A DNA stretch of 64,000 bases from Bacillota bacterium. GTDB lineage: Bacteria > Bacillota > JAAYKD01. Where the stretch lies: assembly GCA_963666425.2 (NCBI GenBank), contig OY762825.2, forward strand, positions 2,368,001-2,432,000, given 5' to 3'. Of the stretch, positions 20,270 through 30,300 are shown one piece after another. Every line of letters begins with the position of its first letter. Position 1 is the first letter of the stretch. Under the pieces are notes generated by a model. That model worked only from the letters and a program-made list of their open reading frames with translations, made no database searches and was not told the DNA's origin. The translations under genes were made by a program, and so were the position numbers.

Positions 20270-21091
20270 ATGTTTGGATATGTGGTAGCGAATTTCGAAA
20301 AACTCAGCGAAGAAGAAAAGAAGCATTATCAAACTTGTTATTGCAGCCTCTGCCGGTCGCTTGGCAATCGGCATCAGACGATCAGCCGGATCACCCTGAC
20401 CTATGACATGACTTTTCTGATCCTGATCTTGTCGGCGCTGTATCCTGCCGAACATGACTTGCAGACAGAACGTTGTCTGATTCATCCGCTGAAACCGCAT
20501 ACCTATTGGCAGGATGACATCACGGCTTATGCTGCTGATATGAATGTGGCGCTGGCCTATTATAATTTTCTGGACGATTGGCAGGATGAAAAGAAAAAGA
20601 GCGCTTTTTACAAAGCAAAACTTTTTGAGCAGGCGAATCGGCAGATCACCGCGCTCTACCCCAGACAATGCAAGCAGATCCAGGAGAGCCTGCAAAGTTT
20701 GAACGCCATGGAAAAAGCGAATGTGCTGAACCCGGACCTTCCTGCTAATTGCTTCGGTAAATTGCTGGCGGAGGTTTTTATCTGGAGAGAAGACGGCAAT
20801 GCGCCCGCCTTACGCGCTTTCGCTCAGGCTTTGGGTAAATTCATTTATATCATGGATGCTTGTCTTGATTTAGTAGAGGACATCAAAAATGAGCGATATA
20901 ATCCGCTGATTGCCTCAACCTGGGAGAATACAGGGGAAATACTCAATCTTTTGATGGCTGACTGCACAGAGAAATATCAACGTTTGCCGATTCAGCAAGA
21001 TAAGCACCTGATAGAGAATATACTCTATTCCGGCGTGTGGACGAGATATGAGATAGCAAACCAGAAAATAAAGGAGAAACAGAAGCTATGA
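20270..21091 (+). CDS. DUF5685-family protein
   Basis: [28 protein letters not shown] and YIMDA..D..ED. Confidence 0.75.
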   Translation: MFGYVVANFEKLSEEEKKHYQTCYCSLCRSLGNRHQTISRITLTYDMTFLILILSALYPAEHDLQTERCLIHPLKPHTYWQDDITAYAADMNVALAYYNFLDDWQDEKKKSAFYKAKLFEQANRQITALYPRQCKQIQESLQSLNAMEKANVLNPDLPANCFGKLLAEVFIWREDGNAPALRAFAQALGKFIYIMDACLDLVEDIKNERYNPLIASTWENTGEILNLLMADCTEKYQRLPIQQDKHLIENILYSGVWTRYEIANQKIKEKQKL

Positions 21092-21753
21092 CATCCGATC
21101 CATATGAAGTACTTGGCGTTTCCCCAACTGCTTCAAGTGAAGAAATCACCAAAGCCTATCGTCAAATGGCAAGAAAATATCACCCGGATGTAAACCAAAA
21201 CAACCCGGAAGCAGCCAAAAAAATGAGTGAGGTTAATGTTGCTTATGAGCAGATCAAAAGCGGCAATCTTCCCCAAAATGGCAGCAATGGCTATGGCGGT
21301 CAGAATCCGTATGGCAGCAATTCTTCCGGCCGTTATGATCCGTTTGGCGGCTTCAATCCTTTTGGCAATTACGGACCTTACGGCAACCAGCAGACACAGG
21401 AGGATACTTCGCGATTTGAACCGATTGTGAATCAGATCAGGGCCGGCTATTATCAAGAAGCCCTGAATCTATTGGATGGAATCAAGGACAGGACCGCTGC
21501 TTGGTTTTACTATAGTGCCAATGCCAATGCCGGGATCGGCAATGATATCACGGCATTGCAGCATGCTACGATCGCCGTGCAAATGGCACCGAATAATATT
21601 GAGTATCAGGTTTTTTTGAATCAAATTCAGCATGGCGGGCGTGTTTATCAACAGCAGAGTCAGGGTTATGGCATGCCGTCGGTCGGTAATCTGTGTTTGG
21701 GTATCTGCATGACCAGGTTATGTATGACATTATGCTGCGGATTCCCATTATAA
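21088..21753 (+). CDS. J-domain protein with a TPR-like region and Cys-rich tail
   Basis: DPYEVLGV...[12 protein letters not shown], a G/N/Y/P-rich linker and the tail [15 protein letters not shown]. Confidence 0.85.
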   Translation: MTSDPYEVLGVSPTASSEEITKAYRQMARKYHPDVNQNNPEAAKKMSEVNVAYEQIKSGNLPQNGSNGYGGQNPYGSNSSGRYDPFGGFNPFGNYGPYGNQQTQEDTSRFEPIVNQIRAGYYQEALNLLDGIKDRTAAWFYYSANANAGIGNDITALQHATIAVQMAPNNIEYQVFLNQIQHGGRVYQQQSQGYGMPSVGNLCLGICMTRLCMTLCCGFPL

Positions 21754-21768
21754 GAAGGAGAAAAAGCA

Positions 21769-22179
21769 ATGGATAAGTTCAGAGAAAGAATCGCTAATTT
21801 CATGTATGGCCGGTATGGGATTGATCAGTTGTATTATGCTTTGGTGGCAGTGAGCTTTCTTCTGATCTTAATCAATACAGCGGTGCAATCGCAAATTATT
21901 AATATTTTCATGTATGTTATTTTAGGTGTGATGCTGTTCAGAACCTTTTCGAAAAATCTTGCGCAGCGCAGGAGAGAAAATGCTCTCTTTCTGAATTACT
22001 GGCAGCCAATCAAAGTAAAATTGGCGAGAAGTATGCGCAGAGTCAGAGAATTGAAAACGCATCGCTATCGCACTTGCCCCAATTGCAAAAAGGTTCTGCG
22101 TTTATCGCGCAGAACGGGGACGCATTCCGTCAAATGCCCTTCCTGTCAAACCGAATTTAAGGTGCATGTTCTGATTTAG
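21769..22179 (+). CDS. membrane protein with a C-terminal Zn ribbon
   Basis: FMYGRYG.D, two TM segments and CPNC...CPSC. Confidence 0.75.
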   Translation: MDKFRERIANFMYGRYGIDQLYYALVAVSFLLILINTAVQSQIINIFMYVILGVMLFRTFSKNLAQRRRENALFLNYWQPIKVKLARSMRRVRELKTHRYRTCPNCKKVLRLSRRTGTHSVKCPSCQTEFKVHVLI

Positions 22180-22272
22180 CTGAGAGAAAAAAACCGTTGA
22201 CCGTTATTTAACAAATGGTCAGACGGTTTTCTTTTTTAGTTGGATGAGCTTGCTGGTACAGAGATGCAATTC

Positions 22273-22509
22273 TTAATCGTTTGACCGGAAGGTTAACGCT
22301 CCCATGGGACAGGCATCGACGCATTTTCCGCAATGAATACATTTTGCCTGATCAATTTTTGGGGCTTCGTACTGTGTCTGTGTCAGAGCACCGACAGGGC
22401 AGACTCTGACCGCCGGGCAAGGATGGTTCTGAGGACATCTCATTTTCACAACCGTGAGTGTTTTATCTTTGAATTCGCTGGGCTGATGAGTTTTTTTTCC
22501 GAAGAACAT
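22273..22509 (-). CDS. 4Fe-4S ferredoxin-like protein
   Basis: CPQNHPCPAVRVCP and CIHCGKCVDACP. Confidence 0.85.
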   Translation of the reverse strand: MFFGKKTHQPSEFKDKTLTVVKMRCPQNHPCPAVRVCPVGALTQTQYEAPKIDQAKCIHCGKCVDACPMGALTFRSND

Positions 22510-22635
22510 ATGGAATTCCTTCTTAACTTGTTATTTTCAAGACTGCTGCAGTTTGTGATCAAATTGATCAGATCTTGCAGCGGGTCTTCAATAGCGTCAG
22601 GATACGCTAATTCTACAGCTGGTTCTGTAACCGAA

Positions 22636-23364
22636 TCACAAAAGAGGCAATTCCGCTTCTTTTTTCAAATTTACAGCAAAATATTCGGTATAGAAAGGCA
22701 AGAATCCGGCTGCGTAAGCGGTGCGCAGCGAAGCGATGTTGGAGCTCCAAGTCGTATAGAAGGGGATTTTCCCTTTCGCCTCGATTGCGTCTGCCAGGCT
22801 GCAGACCAGATAACTGGCAATACCGTTACCGCGATATTCCGCTCGCGTATCGATGCCGATTTGCCACAATGGCTCCATCTCATCGTCTGCTCCGGCAACT
22901 GCCGCGATTTTTTCATCGTCATAAGCAGCGATGGCCAAAACATCTTGTTTATAATTTAAGGCATTCTCAAAACCGCTGTTTTGCTGGAGCAGAGAGATCT
23001 CTTTTTCGTTGAACATTTTATAACGCAGAGCAATAGCAGGCAGAGAGACAGGTTTTGCTTCCTGACGAAAAAAGCGAATGTGTTCTCCGGCAAACATCAT
23101 GCCATATTCGCGCAGCTTTTTTTCAGCCAGGTAAAGGTTGTTGCCACTGGCGACACGAGTCGCCTTTACCCCGGCAAACTGCGCTTTTGCCCAAGCCAGC
23201 AATTCTGAATTGACTCGAATCACCGCTGCGTTTCCGAAGACGGAAATGCGTAAAAACTGAGTTTCATCCAGAAGAATTAAAGTTTGATCCTGCAGCTGCG
23301 TTAAATCGTACTGCCATTTCTCGGATAAGATTTTCAGGACTGTTTGTTGCTGTTCTGTGTTCAC
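22636..23364 (-). CDS. GNAT acetyltransferase
   Basis: WQIGIDT..EYRGNGIA and NIASLRTA...GF. GTG 23364 follows AGGAG. Confidence 0.8.
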   Translation of the reverse strand: MNTEQQQTVLKILSEKWQYDLTQLQDQTLILLDETQFLRISVFGNAAVIRVNSELLAWAKAQFAGVKATRVASGNNLYLAEKKLREYGMMFAGEHIRFFRQEAKPVSLPAIALRYKMFNEKEISLLQQNSGFENALNYKQDVLAIAAYDDEKIAAVAGADDEMEPLWQIGIDTRAEYRGNGIASYLVCSLADAIEAKGKIPFYTTWSSNIASLRTAYAAGFLPFYTEYFAVNLKKEAELPLL

Positions 23365-23620
23365 TTTACATCTCCTGCCTAAGGTTGCATTCTTGTTGAG
23401 GGCCGCTTTCATTATAGGGAGCAAATTGCTAAAGACAAACAATATTATTATTGTTTTAGAAGATTCGTAACAGCCTCTATAGATGGATGGTGTATAATGA
23501 GCCATCTGTCGCTTATTCTGTTGAATAAGAGAAATTTAAGACGTGCGAGAGCGTTTTGCACTGCATCCGTAAATGGAAAAGGTTTTCAGAACGATGAAGC
23601 CAATATAAGGAGAAAATGGA

Positions 23621-25357
23621 ATGTCAAAAGTAATCTGTATCGATTTAGGTACCACGAATTCATGTATGGCGGTCATGGAAGGAGGGCAAGCGGTCATCAT
23701 TCCCAATGCCGAAGGCAAGCGTACTACACCATCGGTCGTGGCATTTACCCAAAAAAACGAGCGTCTGGTGGGTGAAACTGCCAAACGTCAGGCAATTACC
23801 AATCATGAGCGCACAGTCAGTTCGATCAAACGGGAAATGGGCAGCGACTTTAAAGTACAGATTGACGATAAACAATATACACCGCAGGAAATTTCCGCTA
23901 TGATCCTGCAGAAATTAAAAAATGACGCTGAAAATTATCTGGGAGAAAAAATCAACGATGCCGTGATCACCGTACCTGCTTATTTCACTGACGGTCAGCG
24001 TCAAGCCACCAAGGATGCGGGCAAGATCGCGGGCTTAAATGTTCTGCGCATTATCAATGAACCGACTGCTGCCGCCCTAGCCTATGGTGTTGATAAAGAA
24101 GAGGCGCAGAAGGTGTTGGTTTATGATCTGGGTGGCGGTACCTTTGATGTTTCCATCCTGGAGATTAGCGGCGGTGTGATTGAGGTGTTGGCGACAGCCG
24201 GCAACAACCATCTTGGCGGAGACGACTTTGATCAGTGCATAGCGGAATATCTGATCTCCGAATTTAAGAAAAGCAACCGGGTTGATCTGCATCAGGATGC
24301 GACTGCGATGCAGCGAGTCAGAGAAGCCGCAGAAAATGCGAAAATTGAATTAAGCGGCATGATGTCAGTCACAGTCAATTTACCGTATCTCGCGGTCAAG
24401 GACGCAAAACCCCTGCATCTGGAACTGACGCTGACGCGTGCGAAATTTGATGAATTAACAGTTCATTTAGTTGAATCGACCATGGCGCCGGTGCATCAGG
24501 CAATGGCGGATTCTGGCTTGAGTAATCTTAGCATCGATAAGATTTTATTGGTGGGAGGCTCCAGCCGCATTCCCGCTGTGCAGGAAACGATTCGAAGGGT
24601 ACTTGGCAAAGAACCATTCAAAGGCATCAATCCCGATGAATGTGTCGCCATCGGGGCTTCGCTGCAAGCCGGTGTCCTTTCCGGTGCGGTGCAGGGATTG
24701 CTGCTTTTGGATGTCACACCATTTTCCCTTGGCGTGGAAACTGTGGGGAATTTATTCTCTAAAATCATCGAACGCAATACGACGCTGCCGACCAGGAAGA
24801 GTGAAATCTACACGACGGCGGCTCCTTTTCAATCCTCTGTGGATATTCATGTTTTACAAGGGGAGAGTGAGAGAGCTACCCGCAATAAGACACTCGGAAA
24901 ATTCAGACTGAGCGGTATTCGGCGTGCAATGCGTGGCATACCGAAAATTGAAGTGACCTTCAGCATCGATGTCAATGGAATTGTCAGTGTTTCTGCCAAG
25001 GATTTAGATACCGGCAAAGAACAAAGCATCGTGATTACTGCCACTTCCAATATGAGCCAGGCGGAAATAGATCAGGCAACACAGGAGCAGCAGCAATATC
25101 TAGTGGAAGAAGCGAAACTTAAAGAAGAAGCTGCAGCGAAAAACAGGGCGGAAGAGTTAGTGGATCAAGCTAAAAAAATGTCTAGAAAACTGGGAAAAGC
25201 GGACCGCGCTGCCATCGATACAGTGGTTGAACAGAGTAAACAGGCATGTAAGAGTAATGAGCATCGGCAAATCGTAGAGAGCAATACTCGCCTGTCTAGT
25301 TTGCTCGACAGTCTGCAAAGTAAAGCGGCAGATGGTCTCAACAGTGAAAATCAATAA
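23621..25357 (+). CDS. dnaK: Hsp70/DnaK paralog
   Basis: [30 protein letters not shown] and LLLLDV linker. The substrate-binding loops are divergent and there is no adjacent grpE or dnaJ. Confidence 0.85.
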   Translation: MSKVICIDLGTTNSCMAVMEGGQAVIIPNAEGKRTTPSVVAFTQKNERLVGETAKRQAITNHERTVSSIKREMGSDFKVQIDDKQYTPQEISAMILQKLKNDAENYLGEKINDAVITVPAYFTDGQRQATKDAGKIAGLNVLRIINEPTAAALAYGVDKEEAQKVLVYDLGGGTFDVSILEISGGVIEVLATAGNNHLGGDDFDQCIAEYLISEFKKSNRVDLHQDATAMQRVREAAENAKIELSGMMSVTVNLPYLAVKDAKPLHLELTLTRAKFDELTVHLVESTMAPVHQAMADSGLSNLSIDKILLVGGSSRIPAVQETIRRVLGKEPFKGINPDECVAIGASLQAGVLSGAVQGLLLLDVTPFSLGVETVGNLFSKIIERNTTLPTRKSEIYTTAAPFQSSVDIHVLQGESERATRNKTLGKFRLSGIRRAMRGIPKIEVTFSIDVNGIVSVSAKDLDTGKEQSIVITATSNMSQAEIDQATQEQQQYLVEEAKLKEEAAAKNRAEELVDQAKKMSRKLGKADRAAIDTVVEQSKQACKSNEHRQIVESNTRLSSLLDSLQSKAADGLNSENQ

Positions 25358-25371
25358 AAAGAGATCCTCTT

Positions 25372-25587
25372 TTAATCACCGATATAGGTGAAACGTTGAT
25401 ATTTCTTGCCATCTCGTTCGACTGTTTGGTTCCACATCGCTGCCGGACGCACCCAGACTCCGCCTTCACCGTAAAGAGCGCGGTAGACCACCATCGGCTC
25501 CAGTGTTTCGGAGTGTTTTGCCAGGTAAAGCACCTCGTATTCATTGCCTTTAAAATGCTGCCAACGTCCTATTTTGATCTCATCCAT
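25372..25587 (-). CDS. DUF1653-family protein
   Basis: G.WQHFKG..YEV...A.HSET.E.MVVYRALYG...WVRP. Confidence 0.85.
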   Translation of the reverse strand: MDEIKIGRWQHFKGNEYEVLYLAKHSETLEPMVVYRALYGEGGVWVRPAAMWNQTVERDGKKYQRFTYIGD

Positions 25588-25885
25588 GCTGCAACCTCCT
25601 TGTCTTAAAAAATGCTATGCAAATGGTTTGGATTTTGATTTGTAATGAGAATTTATCGTATTATAGCATGGAAGAAGCAACAGAAACAATCTTTGCTTTT
25701 AAAAAACGAATAGCACTGCTCATTCAAATCCTATTTTTCTAAGATTCCCCAAGTAATAAAGGCAGTTGTTGGCCGATCAGAATAAAAAAAAGAGGTTATC
25801 TCAGAATAATCGCGGTATTATTCTGAATAATCTCTTTTTCATATACTTTTATGGCAAAATATCTGCCATAAGATCTTGAACGATC

Positions 25886-26530
25886 TTATTGGATTGGTTT
25901 TTCAGGCTCGTCTGGGAGTTTATTAATTTCCTTATACGGTGCTTTTGGCACATCATTGAGCCCTTTTTTAAAAATTTCTTCCACTCTGGCATCTTTGGCT
26001 TTCATCGCTTTCGCATCTTCGAGCGGCTTTGTTTTTAGATCTACCAATGGTAAGATCGGCTCTTTGAATTGATTTTCTGTGGGATCAGCCGGTCCCTGAT
26101 AGAATTCCTCATCGTCCAAATCAACAGGTTTTGCAGGTTTCATCGGTATGTCGCTGTCGTGCTTCATTAAGTTGTTGACCGTAGCTGTGACCTTTGTCGG
26201 AGATTTGTGCACCATCTGTTCCGATGCGGGTTTTGCTTCGTCTAGCCGATCATCAAATGGCTCAGTAGGCATTTTGATTTCCAAATTATTCGATACATCG
26301 TAGAAACCTTCTCTAAAGGTTTCTTCAACATCAGCGGACTGATCCGGTTCCTTCTTCGTGTCATCAACCATTTTTTTCATGCTGGGGGAGGCAATCGGAC
26401 TCGGATCATCCCGGATGAACTCCGAAGTGTGAAGCGATCCGATGACAAGTTCATCGGGAATGGCGCAGCTTGTGCCTTTTTCAATGGGTAGATCAGCCTT
26501 TTTTTCGATTGGTTTGTTCATGTCTTTCAT
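25886..26530 (-). CDS. hypothetical charged, Pro-rich protein
   Basis: 214-aa ORF rich in D/E/K/P with an internal duplicated motif. Confidence 0.6.
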   Translation of the reverse strand: MKDMNKPIEKKADLPIEKGTSCAIPDELVIGSLHTSEFIRDDPSPIASPSMKKMVDDTKKEPDQSADVEETFREGFYDVSNNLEIKMPTEPFDDRLDEAKPASEQMVHKSPTKVTATVNNLMKHDSDIPMKPAKPVDLDDEEFYQGPADPTENQFKEPILPLVDLKTKPLEDAKAMKAKDARVEEIFKKGLNDVPKAPYKEINKLPDEPEKPIQ

Positions 26531-27212
26531 TGCTTTTACACTTCTTTCTTGATAGCGCTGTCATTATCATGATCAGCTACAGCATTACTTTATCAATCAA
26601 CATGCAGCTAGGTTGGCTCTCCAAATTGATAAATCACATACTGAGGAGCTTATAGGATCTGTAAGTTTTTTGAACGACAAAAGTGGAAAACTTCTCGCAG
26701 AAGAGCTTTTCATTAGATTATAATCCTTATTCCGTTCACTTCATAGGTGAAGGAACTACGCGGATGACAGCGCAGCAATCAATTTGCCGATTTCCTTTGC
26801 TAGCAGTTTGTAAAAGCAAAAGCTAGTATGAAATCGAATCGAAAGGTTGTTCTACTCTGAGCCGAAACATTGATGTTTCGATTTTTAGGTAGATTGAATT
26901 TGAAAACCGGAAACCTGCTTAAAACAGTCCTCTAATTTTCTCAATTGGAGTAAGTGTTGTGATATGAAGTTTAACCGAGCTGCATGCTGATCACTAAGAT
27001 CATCATAATATATTTATAACAATTTGTCAATATATAACTATAATTAAATTTATAACTATCATGCTAAATATATGTCCATAATCATGAAATATAAGGACCG
27101 TAGATTTTGGATTCCGTTGAAGAACAGCCTGGATCTTGTTTTCAAACGTGCATGGGAACAGATAAGGGATCGGAGGAAGTAAATACCGGCAGGTATAAGA
27201 ATGAAAACCGAA

Positions 27213-27247
27213 ACAGAAAGGCGGCAAAAATACTTTTTGCCGCCTTT
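27213..27247 (-). terminator. terminator of the SLH gene
   Basis: AAAGGCGGCAAAAA-TAC-TTTTTGCCGCCTTT. Confidence 0.65.
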
Positions 27248-27338
27248 GCCTATTTAGCATGGTTGGGTTCACGCTGTTTGTCTGGTTTGGGATATGAAGT
27301 CATCAAAAGCCGTCACTGCTTTCGAGTAAGCGGTGAAT

Positions 27339-30300
27339 CTACCAACCATAAATGGCTATTTGCAGATCATATGAATTTGTAAACTCCTGAGTGATAAGAA
27401 GCTCATTCGTGCTGAAGGGGCCATAACCATCCAGGTATAAGCCAAGTAAAGCTGCATTGTTTGTAAGGGCTGCATCGATTGTATCTACAGTAGCGGCATT
27501 GATTTCAGCAAATGCTGCTTCAGCAGCAGGCGCGTTGGTTACCGCTAAATTGAAGGCAGTATGCACTTCTGCGATATTATTATACGAACTCACGAAATAC
27601 TGTGTATATACGAGATATCCCTGGACTGTGATTTGACCAGCAGGTGATAGCGAATTATAATTCGTTAAATCCAAGCCAAATGCTGTTGCATTGTCAGTGA
27701 TTACGGCAGCAATCGTATCCATCGCAGCCATGTTGATTTGGTTAAGCACATCGACTGTGAGGTCATAGAGGATGGTATCAATTGCTATTTGTAAATCATA
27801 AGAGTTTGTAAACTCCTGAGAGTCCAGTGATGTATTTACCGTGAGCTGGTCGGTATAAAGAACATAACTATCCAAGTTTAGCCCAAGTAACGCCGCATTA
27901 TTTACCAGCGATTCACCTAGTGCAGCAGCAGTTGCGTTATTGATCTCAGCCAATGCAGCTTCAGCAGCCGGGGTGTTGAGTACTGCCAAATCCAAATCCG
28001 TTTGCAGATCTAGAGCAGTTGTATAGAAACCTGTAGAATATATTTCCAATAGTAGGTATCCATTCACGATAGTTTGAGTCTGAGCTGTTAATAAATTGTA
28101 ACTCGTCAAATCCAAGGCCAGTATGGCTGCATTGTTATTCAGTGCTGCAGCCATTGTATCCACAGCCGCATAGTTAATTTCATCAAATGTAACGGATACC
28201 ACAGCCTGGTCAAATACATTCTTGATATCAGCTAAAGTAGCGAATGACGGAGCGTCAATCATGGTCTGCTGAACCTGCAATTTCTGATCTGCATTCATCA
28301 GGCTGTAATCTGGTAGATTTAACCCGATGGCATCACCAAACTGGGTTATCAATCCGGGCATATATGTCATGGACCGTCCTAGATTGAAGTTGTTTAAAAT
28401 ACTGGCTGTATTCGTCACTGTAACAAAACAGCTTGCTTTTATGCCGCCATCTACTGTTGTTACAGTAACGGTTGCGATTCCTAACTTCAATCCTGTGACG
28501 AGACCATTGACTACACTCACGGTGTTTGAGGTGCCTGCTGCTGCCCAAGTCACATTTTTATTGGGAGCGTCGAGCGGCAATATAGTAGCAGTCAGCGTAT
28601 CTGTCATACTGAGCAGCATCGATGTGGTTGTTTTATTCAGCGTTACCTTTATAATGTTTATTTGGTAAGTTGTTATCTTTCCTCCGACTGTAATCGTCAG
28701 CGACTGATCAATCACCGGGGATGTGCTATTAAAACCGGTAATATTTGCGGCTGTGATCGGCTCAACCGTTGTATGGCTGTCATTGTAAGTACCAGTGACA
28801 ACAAGCCCTTTGATGTCCAGTAAATCGTTGATCGTGTAAGTTGTTTTTGTAGCGGGTGTAGTGATAGCGATACTGCTCAATGTTACGGGCACTGTGATGA
28901 TGGCAGCCTGGTAAGCAGCGGTTGCCTGATCCAATACTGTTGCAGCATTTAGAAATTCCAGTTCTGATGTTTCTGTTGTTAGCAGTGCAACAGCCGTTGA
29001 TATCGCTGTATCCAGCGTATCATTCACTGCTTGCGTCACCCAGCTTTCTCTGGGTAATACATCCGTTCCATCCGCACTGATGATGATATCGACTTTAGCT
29101 TCATTCGCTGCTGCGATGGCTGTGTCTAAAAACCATGGATCCAGAACTGTAATGGTTGCTGCGCTAGGAGCTATAAATCCCGCGATAAACGTTGCTTGGC
29201 TGGGTGCAATGGTATATTCCGTTGTGTATGCGATGACGGTCGGACTGCTGCCGCCTGCTACAGTGAGTGTTGCCGTTTTGTTTTCATTTGATAAGAGAAC
29301 ATTGGTAACAGCACCCAATTCGCCCGGAGCAATTCCACCCAGTATCCAATTGCTGACAATCAACCCATCGATTGGATCAAATGCTCCGGTCAGTAAGGTA
29401 TAGGTAATGGTCTGTCTTCCTGCCAGAGCTTTTGCTTCCCCGATTGCTAGTGGATCAGAAAGAATTGATACAACCACAGCACCAGGAGAGGAGTAACCGA
29501 AAGTGGCAAACATCGCATTTGCCGGAGTCAGGGTATATACCATGGTGTTTGCACCAACCATACCGCTTACAGTAAGGTTTGCAGTTTTATTGCTATTTGT
29601 CAAGGAGATGCTTGTGATTATCCCCAAGTCACTTGCATTTGCACCGCCTAGAATCCAGTTATCGACTACAATACCTTCTATTGAATCAAAGGTTCCAATT
29701 GTAAGAGCAAAGGAAATTGTTTGTGTTCCTGTGGTTGCCATGGCATTTCCTGCTGCCATGGGGTCTAAAACTGATATGATTTCAGCAGCTGGTGCAATAA
29801 AGTCAACTGTAAAAGCTGCTTGCGCAGGTGCAATGGTGTAATCCACAGTAAATGCCCATGCAGTTCCCGATATGGATATGGTTGCTGTCTTATTGTTGTT
29901 GGATAAGGCAATGCTTGTAATATCCCCTAAATCAGAGGCAGCTGTTCCGCCCAAAGTCCAATTGTTGATTACGATACCTGCTGCTGCATCAAAAGCACCC
30001 GTTGTCAGAGTGTAGGTAATCGTGCTTGTATTTGAAACCGCTGTAGCAACACCTACCGCAGCAACTGATGTTTCTACTCCAGCCATGCCGGAGGTTGCTG
30101 TGTTTTGGGCTGAAGTGACTGCAGCAAGGTCCAGAGCCGCATCGATCGCTGTATCACCGGCTGTTTTAAAGCCGGTCAAAGCAATCCAATTGGCAGGTGT
30201 ATAATTCGCTTCGGTATAGGTGGCTAAGGCAGTCGTCAGCACACCGTGTGCGGTTGTTTTTGCCGCCGCTAAGGTTGCTGCGATGGTTTCGACGCCAGTC

